Positions 18,760 to 29,600 of a stretch of 64,000 nucleotides of DNA are shown here, one piece after another (the first letter of the stretch is position 1; each line of letters starts with the position of its first letter). The DNA lies in assembly GCA_963711835.1 (NCBI GenBank), contig CAVQFQ010000021.1:256001-320000 (forward strand), read 5' to 3'. The translations under genes and the position numbers were made by a program. The notes beneath the pieces are model-generated. The model was given only the letters and a program-made list of their open reading frames with translations. It did not search any database and was not told the DNA's origin. The DNA is from an uncultured delta proteobacterium (GTDB lineage: Bacteria; Desulfobacterota; RBG-13-43-22).

Positions 18760-19554
18760 TCAACCCAACCACCTCTTTCGCCGCTTATAGTGTTTGACAT
18801 CACGATAACTTTTCCGTTGTGAAAGGGCGCCAAACCCGAGGTAAAACTCCTTCACATCTTCGTTTTCCTTCAACTGCTCCCCAGTACCATTCAGGACGAT
18901 CCTGCCATTCTCCATCACGTAGCCGTACTCAGCCAGGTCGAGAGCAGCCGTAGCGTTCTGCTCGACAATGAGAATCGAGACCTTTTCTTCTTGATTAATG
19001 GTTCTGACGATGCCAAGGATTTCCTCTATCAGCCTGGGTGCCAGACCCAGAGATGGCTCATCTAACAGTATCAGTTTGGGGTGGGTCATTAAAGCTCGAC
19101 CGATGACTAACATCTGCTGCTCCCCACCGGAACAATAGCCACTGGTGTGGTGACGAAGGTCCTTAAGCTTTGGGAAATAGTAGTAGACTCGATCCAGTTC
19201 TTTTCTCAAGTCTAACCGGTGGCGGGCAATGTAGCCGGCGACAAGCAGCTCATCTTCAACCGTCAGATGCTCAAGGATCCTCCTGCCCTCCATAACCTGA
19301 ATAATCCCTATTTTGGCAATATCCTCTGGGTCAGAACGATCGATTCGTTGGCCATCGAAATGGATATCGCCCCGAGTGACTTTGCCCACCTCCGTTTTGA
19401 GTAGACAAGAAATGGCTTTCAAAGTTGTACTTTTCCCGGCACCATTAGCTCCCAATAAAGTTATGATCTTCCCTTCATCTACCTCGAACGACACTCCCCT
19501 CAACACCAAGATGACCCCATGATACGTGACTTCAATATTATTCACCCTTAGCAT
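18760..19554 (-). CDS. LivF-like ABC ATPase
   Basis: GANGAGKS, SGGEQQM, LDEPSLGL. Confidence 0.92.
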   Translation of the reverse strand: MLRVNNIEVTYHGVILVLRGVSFEVDEGKIITLLGANGAGKSTTLKAISCLLKTEVGKVTRGDIHFDGQRIDRSDPEDIAKIGIIQVMEGRRILEHLTVEDELLVAGYIARHRLDLRKELDRVYYYFPKLKDLRHHTSGYCSGGEQQMLVIGRALMTHPKLILLDEPSLGLAPRLIEEILGIVRTINQEEKVSILIVEQNATAALDLAEYGYVMENGRIVLNGTGEQLKENEDVKEFYLGFGALSQRKSYRDVKHYKRRKRWLG

Positions 19555-19570
19555 TTTAATCCCTTTCCTC

Positions 19571-21469
19571 CTACTCAACCGAGTAGATCGTTAGCTCAGC
19601 GCTCACCTTCCCCTTCCTGCCATCATCGTAGGTGAACTCGGACGTGATGGGGATGGTCCGTTTCCCACTATACATAGCTTCAATGACCTCGCTGTAACGT
19701 TTCTCCATAGCCGTTCGTCGAAGCTTTCTCGTCCGGGTCAGGTCGGCCTCATCCGGATCAAACTCCTTATGGAGAAGGACGTACTTCCTTATTCTGGTTG
19801 CTGGATTCAATTGCTTATTTACTCTGTCGATGTCCTGCCGGACGAGCTGGCTAACTTCGGGTTTTTGTGACAGGTCGGTAAAGGTAGTATAGGTAAGATG
19901 GTTTCTTTCTGCCCAGCGCCCTATATTTTCATAATCCATATTAATAATCGTTGTTACAAATCCCCTTCCTTCCCCTATGGTGATGGAATCTTTTATATAA
20001 GGGCTAAAACGCAAACTGCTTTCAATCCACTGAGGGGCATATTTCTCCCCCGAACTCAACTGGGCCAGTTCGCTTACCCTGTCCATGTAAACCAGATGCC
20101 CCTGTTCATCGATCCTGCCTGCGTCACCACTGAGCCACCAGCCCTCTCGCACCGTTTTTTCATAAGCTTCTTGGTTTTTATGGTAGCCAGCAAAAAGGTA
20201 AGGGCTTTTGACGAGAATTTCTCCCTCTCCTGATATTTTGACCTCCACTCCAGGCAGAGGAGGTCCAATGGTTCTGGACTGTATGTTATCAGCCCTATGT
20301 CCGGAAATCATCCCGCCTTCAGTGCTACCATAGACCTGTCTCAATCTAACTCCGATTGAATTCATAAAGGCTATGGTATCCGTCCCAGTTACCGATCCAG
20401 CAGTAATAGCAAATCGGCATTTGGTCAATCCAAGTTTGTCCCGAATCGCCTGGAGGAGGATCAAATCTACAAACCAATGGAGAATGCGCTTCCACAGAGA
20501 GATCTTTTCTCCTTCTTCGATAGCCTTCCCCACCTTGAGCGCCATGGGCATCAGTGTTTTGTATACCAACCTCTCCAGGCCGCCAGCTTCCTCGATCTTG
20601 GCCCGGATCTTCGATACCCACCCTTCCCATTGTCGAGGTCCGCCCAGGATCATACTTGGAGTTATCTCATAGATGTCATGAAAAATCGTCTCCGGCTCTT
20701 CCAGGGTGTTGAGCTTCGCCCCAGTAATCAGGTGAGGGACAGTGGTGAAAAAAGCTTCACCAATCCAGGCAGGAGAGAGATAGCATAGAATGTCATCTTG
20801 GTCATTGAGTTCGAATAATGTCAGCGTCGCTTCCGCTGAACCGACCAAGGACTGATGGGTGATCATGGCACCCTTAGGAAGGCCGGTTGTCCCTGAGGTA
20901 TAGAAAATATTTGCAAACTCGTCGCCTTTCGCAGCATTTATATTCTCCTCGAAAGCCCCAGGGTGGCCCTCTTCATATTTCTTTCCCAGTTCCTTCACTT
21001 GCTCATAGCTCGTTATTAAGGACTGCTCGTATTTCCTCATTCCTTTCGAGTACCACCAAATGATTTTCTCCACCTTGGGCAACTTGTCATGGGCTGCCAA
21101 TATCTTGTCTACCTGCTCCTGGTCCCTGGCAATAATGAATTTGCTGTCAGAATGGCCGACAATATATTGAATCTCATCAGGAATAGCATCGGTAAATAGA
21201 GCTGCGGTTATTCCTCTTGCTGCCTGAATGGCAAAAGATGCCCAGTACCACTGGGGCTCATTATCCCCGATGATCGCTGCTCGTTCGCCAGGCTTGAGAC
21301 CGAGGCTGATCAGTCCCAAAGAGAAGTATTTGACGTTTTCGTAGACATCTTTCCAGGTATACTCATTCCAGATGCCGTAATCCTTATCCCGAAAAGCTAC
21401 TTTTGTGTCACCCCAACGTTCAAAATTGCGCTTCAATAACTTGGGAAGAGTGTCAAGCTGCATTTCCAT
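19571..21469 (-). CDS. Long-chain acyl-CoA ligase
   Basis: YTSGTTGLPKG, YGSTE, ELAQLSSGEK, LTRTRKLRR. Confidence 0.92.
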   Translation of the reverse strand: MEMQLDTLPKLLKRNFERWGDTKVAFRDKDYGIWNEYTWKDVYENVKYFSLGLISLGLKPGERAAIIGDNEPQWYWASFAIQAARGITAALFTDAIPDEIQYIVGHSDSKFIIARDQEQVDKILAAHDKLPKVEKIIWWYSKGMRKYEQSLITSYEQVKELGKKYEEGHPGAFEENINAAKGDEFANIFYTSGTTGLPKGAMITHQSLVGSAEATLTLFELNDQDDILCYLSPAWIGEAFFTTVPHLITGAKLNTLEEPETIFHDIYEITPSMILGGPRQWEGWVSKIRAKIEEAGGLERLVYKTLMPMALKVGKAIEEGEKISLWKRILHWFVDLILLQAIRDKLGLTKCRFAITAGSVTGTDTIAFMNSIGVRLRQVYGSTEGGMISGHRADNIQSRTIGPPLPGVEVKISGEGEILVKSPYLFAGYHKNQEAYEKTVREGWWLSGDAGRIDEQGHLVYMDRVSELAQLSSGEKYAPQWIESSLRFSPYIKDSITIGEGRGFVTTIINMDYENIGRWAERNHLTYTTFTDLSQKPEVSQLVRQDIDRVNKQLNPATRIRKYVLLHKEFDPDEADLTRTRKLRRTAMEKRYSEVIEAMYSGKRTIPITSEFTYDDGRKGKVSAELTIYSVE

Positions 21470-21484
21470 TTTCCTGCTTCCTCC

Positions 21485-22261
21485 TCAAGAGGCTTTACCA
21501 AGGTAAGCTCGTATGACATCCTCATTCGTTCTGATTTCTTCCGGGGTTCCCTCGGCGATTTTGCGGCCGAAGTCCAACACCACCACCCTATCACATATGT
21601 CCATGACCAGTCCCATGTCATGCTCTACGATCGCGATGGTAATCCCCATCTCTTCAGAGATATCGAGGACAAACCTGGCTATGTCTTCCTTTTCATCCCG
21701 GTTCATCCCGGCCAACGGCTCATCTAAAAGAAGAAGTTTCGGCTCGGCAGCCAAGGCCCTTGCCAGGTCAACCCTTTTTCTCAAACCATAGGCGAGGGCC
21801 CCGACTCGATGCTTCCTGATAGATTCTATCTCAAAAAAATCAATGAACTTCTCAACGACTCTCCGATGCCTTATCTCCTCCCTCCGTGTCCGGCCGAAAT
21901 AGATGGCCTCACTCAGAATGCCCGTCTTAAATTTGAAATGCCTTCCAGCCATAATATTATCCAAGACACTGAGCCCATCGAAGAGCTGTAAGCCCTGAAA
22001 GGCCCTTCCGATACCTAACTCGGCTATGCGGTGAGATGATAGACTGGTGATCTCCCGGTCTTCAAAAAAGATGCCTCCCTGCTGAGGACGATAAAAGCCA
22101 TTGATACAGTTAAAGAAGCTGGTTTTGCCGGCACCATTAGGGCCTATCACGGCAAAGATCTCGCCCCGCTTTATATCAATATTGACATCCGTCAAAGCCT
22201 GAATTCCACCGAAACTCAGACCAATACCCTTGGCAGCTAACATCACATCATTTGCAGGCAT
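21485..22261 (-). CDS. LivG-like ABC ATPase
   Basis: GPNGAGKT, LDEPLAGM, VEHDM, AYLG. Confidence 0.92.
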   Translation of the reverse strand: MPANDVMLAAKGIGLSFGGIQALTDVNIDIKRGEIFAVIGPNGAGKTSFFNCINGFYRPQQGGIFFEDREITSLSSHRIAELGIGRAFQGLQLFDGLSVLDNIMAGRHFKFKTGILSEAIYFGRTRREEIRHRRVVEKFIDFFEIESIRKHRVGALAYGLRKRVDLARALAAEPKLLLLDEPLAGMNRDEKEDIARFVLDISEEMGITIAIVEHDMGLVMDICDRVVVLDFGRKIAEGTPEEIRTNEDVIRAYLGKAS

Positions 22262-22350
22262 TTTTTCTCCCTGAAACTATTTCGACCCTCCTGGAAGGAC
22301 AGACGATTCACCAAAAGGGCCTTGGCTTGGCATAACGTTTTATTCCCTTT

Positions 22351-23628
22351 TCAATAGGCCTTTTTGGCTAAAGGAGGCTTTGAAGGCTCCTTGTAAGGCC
22401 CCTTCAGCTTATCTTGGATAAGCCCTGGCATCCTACGCCAGGGAGTCGCTGGAACCCACTGGCCATCTTTTATTTCAACCAGTCGCGCCATCATTGGCGT
22501 TCGGGACTCAAGAGTATAGTCGAACTTGACCAATCCGTGAAGATCATATTCTTTGCCCCAACTCTCCAACTGCCTCCTTAGCACCCTGGCATTGATACCA
22601 TCCCAACCAACCTTGGGCACCAACTGGTTCAATAGATCATAAAGGGTAAGTGCGTTCGCCCAACCCAAGAAATAGCTATTGAGAAGGTCCTTCTTGCGTC
22701 GCCCCTGTTCATTAGAAATTCTTGTCGCCATTTGAATGAACGGGTCTTTCGTTTCAGACCACAGTTTGTAGGGGGTTGTTCCCATGACCCCCTCAACGGC
22801 TTTTCCTCCAAGCATCGGCAGTGGCTCGTCGACCCCGAAATTGCTGGTTCCAAACTTCAAACCATAACCAAGCCTCTCATTTTCCTTAGCCAGTGGCACT
22901 AAGCTCTGCCACAGCAGCTGACCATAAATATAGTCGGCGCCCGCTTTCTTAGCTCGAGTCAGTGGGGTAGCCGCATCCACCAGGATAACAGGTATGAACT
23001 GCTTATCGACCACTTCTATTCCCTTTTTCTTAGCATATTCCAGGACTAAAGGTTGCAGACAGGCCCTGCCAAAAGGAGTGTCATAGGTCATAAACGCCAG
23101 CCTCGGGCCTCTACCCTGTTTTTTAAAGTCCCACCTCTCGGCAATCACGTCAGCAAAATTGGCAAACTGGTCCGCGTATAGCGGAATGGTAGCAAAGGCG
23201 TAGCCCGCCGGGTAGATTCCCGTCTCACTAACCCCACAGCTTGAGACCAAAACCTCATCTTCTGCATAACGGTCATGGAAGGCTTCATTCTCCTGAGATC
23301 CGCACACTGCCAAAAATATGAAGTTCTTCCTGGTGCGCCACCTCTCGTAGATTGTAGCCCCAACCGAAAGGTCATTCGTGTGATCAGCCCATTCCACCCT
23401 CAATTTCCTGCCCTGAACTCCACCCTTTTCCTTGTTAATCCAGTAGATAGCGTCCTGAATCCCCAGAAGGCGGGGAACATTTACAAAACCGTAGACACGG
23501 CTCATGTCGGCCCAAAAATACATAGTGAAAAACTCATCTTTTGCAGCCGCAGGCTTAGATCCTAAGGCCGGAAAGACTGATAAAGAGATGGCCATCAGAG
23601 CAAACAACACTAACCCGATTTTTCTCAT
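22351..23628 (-). CDS. LIV-type ABC substrate-binding protein
   Basis: Signal peptide, INKEKGGVQGRK, DTPFG; operon context. Confidence 0.85.
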   Translation of the reverse strand: MRKIGLVLFALMAISLSVFPALGSKPAAAKDEFFTMYFWADMSRVYGFVNVPRLLGIQDAIYWINKEKGGVQGRKLRVEWADHTNDLSVGATIYERWRTRKNFIFLAVCGSQENEAFHDRYAEDEVLVSSCGVSETGIYPAGYAFATIPLYADQFANFADVIAERWDFKKQGRGPRLAFMTYDTPFGRACLQPLVLEYAKKKGIEVVDKQFIPVILVDAATPLTRAKKAGADYIYGQLLWQSLVPLAKENERLGYGLKFGTSNFGVDEPLPMLGGKAVEGVMGTTPYKLWSETKDPFIQMATRISNEQGRRKKDLLNSYFLGWANALTLYDLLNQLVPKVGWDGINARVLRRQLESWGKEYDLHGLVKFDYTLESRTPMMARLVEIKDGQWVPATPWRRMPGLIQDKLKGPYKEPSKPPLAKKAY

Positions 23629-23744
23629 CGTTTTTCTCCTTTCTGTCTTGGTATTACCTTTATATTCCTCGGCATTTTATGCCGCCTTTTTCGCAATATT
23701 TTCACATCGTTTCTCGCTGGTAAGAAACCGTTACCCTATTCACC

Positions 23745-24809
23745 TTAAAGCGCATACTTGAAAGGCCAATGTCTAAACCGGGATTTGAGCACCTCCCAAG
23801 TGTGAGCCAAACCTCTGGGCTCGAAAATAAGAAAAAGAATAACCACCAGGGCCCAACTAATAATCCCCAACGCTGGGCCGATCTTGGGTGCATCAATAGG
23901 TGATACCAATTCACCCAAGATCGGGGTTACCATAACTACAATTTCCTTTATTGTTCTCAAAAATAGAACGCCGAAAACGGCTCCAACTACGGTTCCCATG
24001 CCACCGACAATCAGGCATCCAAGATACCAGATCGATACCTCAAGATGAAAGTGGAGTGGGTTGACGCTCCGGAAGAAAGTGGCCCACAAAGAACCGGCAA
24101 TACCAGCATAGAAACAGCCGATAGCGAAACCATAGAGTTTGTATTTCGCTACGTTGATACCTATGACCTCGCTGGCCAGGTCGTTGTCTCTCAGGGCAAC
24201 AAAGGCTCGCCCCAATCGGCAACGAACGAGATTTTTCGCAAAAAACGTCATAAGCACCGTTATCACGATGACGACATAGTAGAACGCTTCGTTATTTCTG
24301 AAGTCAATACCCGCCAACTCGGGACGATTAACCCTTATGCCACCCACGGCGTGGAAATAATCGGGAAAGGCATGGTTAAAGAAGGCGATGATGATGAACT
24401 GTGCCGCAAGAGTGGTTATCGCGAGATAGAGCATCTTGAGTCGAAAAGAAGGAAGGCCAAAGAGCACGCCGACTGCGGCAGCGGCAATGCCCGCGAGAGG
24501 CACGGTTGCCCAGAAGCTCCAATGGAAGGAATCCATCAGCACGGCTGTGGTGTAGGCACCCACAGCCACGAAGGCCTGGTGCCCCAGAGAAATCTGACCG
24601 GCATATCCAGTAAGGATGTTGAGCCCAAGAACAGCAATCAAAGCTATCCCGGTCAGGATCATGAAACTCAAAAAGTAAGAGCCGGCGAATAGCGGCAGCA
24701 CAGCCAAAAGAATCATAAAACCTATCAGGGTTCCCCACTGAGGGGCAGTCCGGACAATCGCTAAGTCCAGTTCATACCGAACATCGAAAACACCAGCTGG
24801 TCGTTCCAT
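23745..24809 (-). CDS. LivM-like permease
   Basis: GYAGQISLGH, ALRDNDLA. Confidence 0.92.
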   Translation of the reverse strand: MERPAGVFDVRYELDLAIVRTAPQWGTLIGFMILLAVLPLFAGSYFLSFMILTGIALIAVLGLNILTGYAGQISLGHQAFVAVGAYTTAVLMDSFHWSFWATVPLAGIAAAAVGVLFGLPSFRLKMLYLAITTLAAQFIIIAFFNHAFPDYFHAVGGIRVNRPELAGIDFRNNEAFYYVVIVITVLMTFFAKNLVRCRLGRAFVALRDNDLASEVIGINVAKYKLYGFAIGCFYAGIAGSLWATFFRSVNPLHFHLEVSIWYLGCLIVGGMGTVVGAVFGVLFLRTIKEIVVMVTPILGELVSPIDAPKIGPALGIISWALVVILFLIFEPRGLAHTWEVLKSRFRHWPFKYAL

Positions 24810-24815
24810 TTTTCT

Positions 24816-25682
24816 CTACAGCCTTTCTATCCGCACCAAGCCGAAGAGACCGTACGGCTTGATGACCAAGATGAGAAGCAAGACAATATAGGGTATGACA
24901 TCAGCCAGAGCCGGGTTAAGGTAACCGGTCACCAAGGATTGGAGCACGCCCAATATCATGCCGCCAACGATAGCTCCCGCAATGGCGTCAATACCTCCCA
25001 GAAGCACCACAGCGATTGCCCCGAGCAATGACGTGTACATGAGATAGTGAACACCGCTGACCACGCCCAAGAGAAGCCCAGCTATGACACTTAACAATCC
25101 GGCGAGTACCCAGCTAAGGCTGAAAACGCCCTTCACTGGCAGTCCCAGGCTCTGAGCAACCTGATGGTCCTCCGCCGTAGCCCTCATCACCCTGCCCATG
25201 AGGGTCCGCCAGTAGAAGAAACTAAAGGCGGCAAAGGCCGCTACTGCTACTCCGATGCCCCATAGAAGGATGTGGCTTATCACCACTCCACCCAATTTGA
25301 TAGATTGACCGGGTAACTTCACCGGCAGGTCATAGCCAGTATTTCCCCACGTTAAAATGTTTATCCCCTCGATCACATGAGCTAACATGATGGTCAGCAT
25401 CAAAGCAGCAATGAGGGGTTGCCCAATCAACGGGCGCATGAACAGTCTCTCAATCACCATACCAAGAAGAACTCCAAAGGCAAGCCCAGCTATCACTCCA
25501 ACCACCACTCCGAATTTGCCGATAAGAGTCACCAGCATAAATGCCCCAAGCGTCACCATCCATCCCTGAGCGAAGTTAAATACTCTCGTGGACTTGTAAA
25601 TGATAACGATCCCCAGAGCAATCAGCGTATACATACCGCCGATAAACAGGCCTCCGACCATGAACTGCAGAAATATAGCCAT
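24816..25682 (-). CDS. LivH-like permease
   Basis: FNFAQG, GRVMRATAED, KPYGLFG. Confidence 0.92.
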   Translation of the reverse strand: MAIFLQFMVGGLFIGGMYTLIALGIVIIYKSTRVFNFAQGWMVTLGAFMLVTLIGKFGVVVGVIAGLAFGVLLGMVIERLFMRPLIGQPLIAALMLTIMLAHVIEGINILTWGNTGYDLPVKLPGQSIKLGGVVISHILLWGIGVAVAAFAAFSFFYWRTLMGRVMRATAEDHQVAQSLGLPVKGVFSLSWVLAGLLSVIAGLLLGVVSGVHYLMYTSLLGAIAVVLLGGIDAIAGAIVGGMILGVLQSLVTGYLNPALADVIPYIVLLLILVIKPYGLFGLVRIERL

Positions 25683-25712
25683 GTTGAGTTCCTTACTCAG
25701 TCTTATTCGGTC

Positions 25713-26393
25713 TTATTCCGTCACATCAATTTTCCAGCTTTTGACCTGACTGCACTGGACTTTTATGTAATACTCACCAGGTCCTTTAAGGGACATTGTT
25801 CCCGTTCCAGCACCCACCATGGACATATAAATATAGTTTTCCGTTTCCCCCCTGGGATAAACCGCAATACTCTGCCCACCTCCCTCCCACATCAAGGCCG
25901 TTACGGGTTCCATCGTATAGGTCATTTTGAACTCTTCATTCCGAATTTTGAAAGGTTGTGTGGTCATATCTGCACTTCCGGCAAATGAAGCTGGTGAATT
26001 CAGCGGCTTGCTGACTCCTGCTCGGACAACCTGCACCTGCCAATTAGCAATGTTCCGGGCTATAACCTTGATATAGTACCGACCCTTCCCCTCATAAAGA
26101 TAGGTGTTGCCACTGGCATCAAAGCGGGGGGTCTTCACCATTTCGATCCAGTTGACTTTATCTCCCTCCGGATACACATGTAGGACAAAATTGGGCACTT
26201 TCTTCTCTTCGGCTTTATATTCCCAGTTGATCTGCCATTCCTTGGTGTTAATTTCAAAGGGCTCACCGGTAAAGTCTTTAGAACCACTGAACTTTAGCCC
26301 CTCCAAGGGTGGAGGTGCCGGTCCCATTGTGGCACAACCGAAAGCTCCCAGTAGAAACAATAACCCGCATCCAATCAAAAAAATCTTTCTCAT
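25713..26393 (-). CDS. Hypothetical lipoprotein with internal two-fold repeat
   Basis: Lipobox AFGC after GGAGG RBS; F.GS.D.T..PF.I...G.YYIKV......W pattern occurs twice. Confidence 0.75.
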   Translation of the reverse strand: MRKIFLIGCGLLFLLGAFGCATMGPAPPPLEGLKFSGSKDFTGEPFEINTKEWQINWEYKAEEKKVPNFVLHVYPEGDKVNWIEMVKTPRFDASGNTYLYEGKGRYYIKVIARNIANWQVQVVRAGVSKPLNSPASFAGSADMTTQPFKIRNEEFKMTYTMEPVTALMWEGGGQSIAVYPRGETENYIYMSMVGAGTGTMSLKGPGEYYIKVQCSQVKSWKIDVTE

Positions 26394-26670
26394 TGTAGCC
26401 CCTCCTTTATCATTTTTCTTTTTGGGTACCCAGCGTAACAACTTTTGGACATAGCACACGGTTGCGGCTGAGCCAGTATTTATTAATGATCTCGGGATGT
26501 TAACTGTAAAGAATGTTAACCTTTTAGGACACAGGCAGACTCGTTGATTATTTTAACAAAATTAATAAAAAAATTAAATCATAAATTTGTTAAAAAAATG
26601 TTAAAAAAATTTGCTTTCCCAAATATAGTTTGATATATATTTTGATATATAAGGATTTACTGGAAAGGAG

Positions 26671-29600
26671 ATGATCAAGGATATGAAAGACCTTTTGGGC
26701 CAAAAAGCTGATCCTATGGGGAGTAAAAACATAGTCAGAAGGGAGAGGCTCGAATGCCAGATTCGAGAAAACCTCGACAAGAAATTGATCCTTATCACCT
26801 CTCAGGCAGGCAGTGGGAAGACCACTCTCATCTCAAGCGTTTTAGAGTCCGTGAAGGTCCCCCATATCTTTTACTCGTTCGATACCTCGGACAAAGAAAT
26901 CCCATCATTCTTATACCATTTTTTCTCTAAAATTAAGGCCAGCTCTCCCGGGTTTGCTAAAAATTTTGAAAAGAAGCTAATATCCGATAAGGGTCAAATT
27001 GGGCCTCCCACTCTATTGGCATCCCTTTTTGTGAACGAGTTGAAGCAACATTTTACTAAAGAAAAAAGGTTGATCATCGTCCTTGACAACTACGAAGCTG
27101 TTAATTCCTCTTTGATCATCAACCAGTTTCTTGAATATATCTTTAAGAAAATGCCTCCTCCAGTTACCTTTATCCTTTCGAGCAGTCAATCCCCGAATAT
27201 CCGTCTTCCAAAACATGGATCCAATGGGGAGACTTACCAGATCAATAGTTCTGATCTGGCCTTCCACTTAGATGAGATTGGGGAACTCTTCTCCCGTATC
27301 TATTATCTTGACCTTTCACATGAGGAGTTAGAGTTTATTTATAAAAAAACAGAAGGCTGGATCACCGGTTTGATCCTCCTGGTTCAATTTTTAAAAATGA
27401 ACGAAGGGAGTCCCATCGAAGACCTGCTCAAAGGGGTCAATGGATATGGAAAGGCCATCTCCCAATTTTTGATGGAACATGTTTTTCAGAATCAGCCGAA
27501 ACATGTCCAGGAATTTCTCTCCAAGACAGCTCTCCTCAATGATCTGACCTCCGATCTTTGCGACCTTGCCCTCCAGGTGAAATATTCGGCCAAACTTCTT
27601 GAAAATTTAGTTAAACATAATCTCTTCACCTTCCAAATCAATTCCTCATATTACCGTTATCATCCCTTGATGAGAGAATTTCTCTTAAAGAAACTCTATG
27701 AGAATTATGTCCAGGAGGAGATTGAAGCATTTCAGGCCCGCTTAGGGGAGATCCTCACCCCCATCGATCCAGAAAATGCCGCTTATCATTTCATTTCCGC
27801 AAAATGTTTCCCAAAGGCGACAGCCCTCTTGAGATCCATAGGGGAAAAGATGCTTCGCAAATGGCGATTTGGAAATTTTGGTGAGCTTCTAAAGGCCATT
27901 CCTTTTTCTTTGATTGAGGAGGATCCCGTGCTCCTCTACTTTTCAGGAAGGATAGCCGAGATAAAAGGCGAATCGGATCGAGCCTTCGAATCTTATGAGA
28001 AAGCCTTTCATCTCTTTAAAAAGAGGAAAGAGGTTTCCAGTGAGATTTCCTCTCTCAATCGTATGGCGGTCATTCATATCCGTCAGGATAAGTATAAAGA
28101 TGCTAAAGATCTTCTTCAGGATAGAATTCAATACCTTGAGAATCAGGGGATAAAGAATGATATTGCTTTGAAACTTTTCAATAGCTATACGAACTTAAGT
28201 CAGGTGCTCATAAAATTGGAGGAGAGGGAAAAGGCGGTATCCTACCTGCAAAAGGCGGAACTTCTCTATGAAGTCCACCTCGATTCCCATCATCAGGTGA
28301 CTTTAACTCAGAGCCAGGCTTTGAGATGTCTCGTCGAAGGGGATCTGGTGGAAGGAATTGAACTGGCCAAGAAAGGTGAATCCCTTTCCCTCGAACTCAA
28401 TCTCCCGACGAAAATCAATATCTTCAACCATTACCTGGCCTTCGGCCACCTCCATCTTGGTCACTTCTCAGAGGGCCTGAATTATGCTAAGCGGGGATTG
28501 GAACTTGCCAGGCAATACGGCATAGAGGATAACATCACCGGTTCCCTCTTTTCCGATTTGGGACAGGTCCAATATGCCTTTTCAAATTATGACCAGGCTA
28601 TTAAGGCCCTCGAAAATAGTATTGCCATCTTCAAAAAAGGCCAGAACATCTGCGGGGGTTTCTGGAGCAATCATGGCCTCTATCATATTGCCCTGAAATT
28701 AGGAGACATCGAAGGAGCAAAGGGATATTTAAAGGCATTGGTTCATCTGGCCCACCTGATGGGACTTCCCTTAGAGATCGGGGTGGGGATGATAGACCAG
28801 GCCTACTTCTCCTCATTGAAAGGAGAGGAAGGAGTGCTGGCCTTGATCGAAAGGGGGGAGGGATATCTCAGACATTCCATCAAGAGGATGTCTATCTTTC
28901 TGGCCCATTTGATCGCTGCCAAGGCCTATTTCAATCTCGGTGAAGAGAAAAGGGCAGAAGACCTCCTCCTCGATTCCCTGAAGCTTATTGAAGGGGAGAA
29001 TTACTACCTCTATGGAATCCACCAGGAAAAGAGCTGGCTTCCTTCGTTCCTCCAGAGGTTTACTTTAATAATCCCTCAATGTGAGAGATTACTGGCGGAG
29101 TATCAGAATAGGATCATCCGTGCTTTTGAAACCATCAAAGAGAACGGGAGAGACCAGGAAGACATTTATAGAATGGAAAAAGGGAATGGAGAACTTTTAA
29201 ACCTCCGGATTTACAGCCTGGGACCCTTTCGAATTTTTATAGGGGATGAAGAAATTCCATTATCCCAGTGTAAGAGTAAGAAAGGCATCACCTTGCTCAG
29301 GTATCTCTTCTTCGCTCGCCATAAAGGGCCGACTCCAAAGGATGTACTCCTTGAACTTTTATGGCCGGAATCACCTCCAGCGCCGGCCGATTTGAATTTC
29401 AGAGTAACCCTCTCACTCTTGCGAAAGACCCTTTCCCTTAACCACAATGGCCGGAGCGATTTCCCCAATTTATTGAGGAAGGAAGGGGGCTATCAGCTTC
29501 TCTTGGGTAAAGAGGGTTGGAGTGATTTGGACGAGTTTAACAATCAGATAAATTTGGCCCATTATAAGGAAAAGAAACAGAATGGAGAGGAGGCCTTCCA

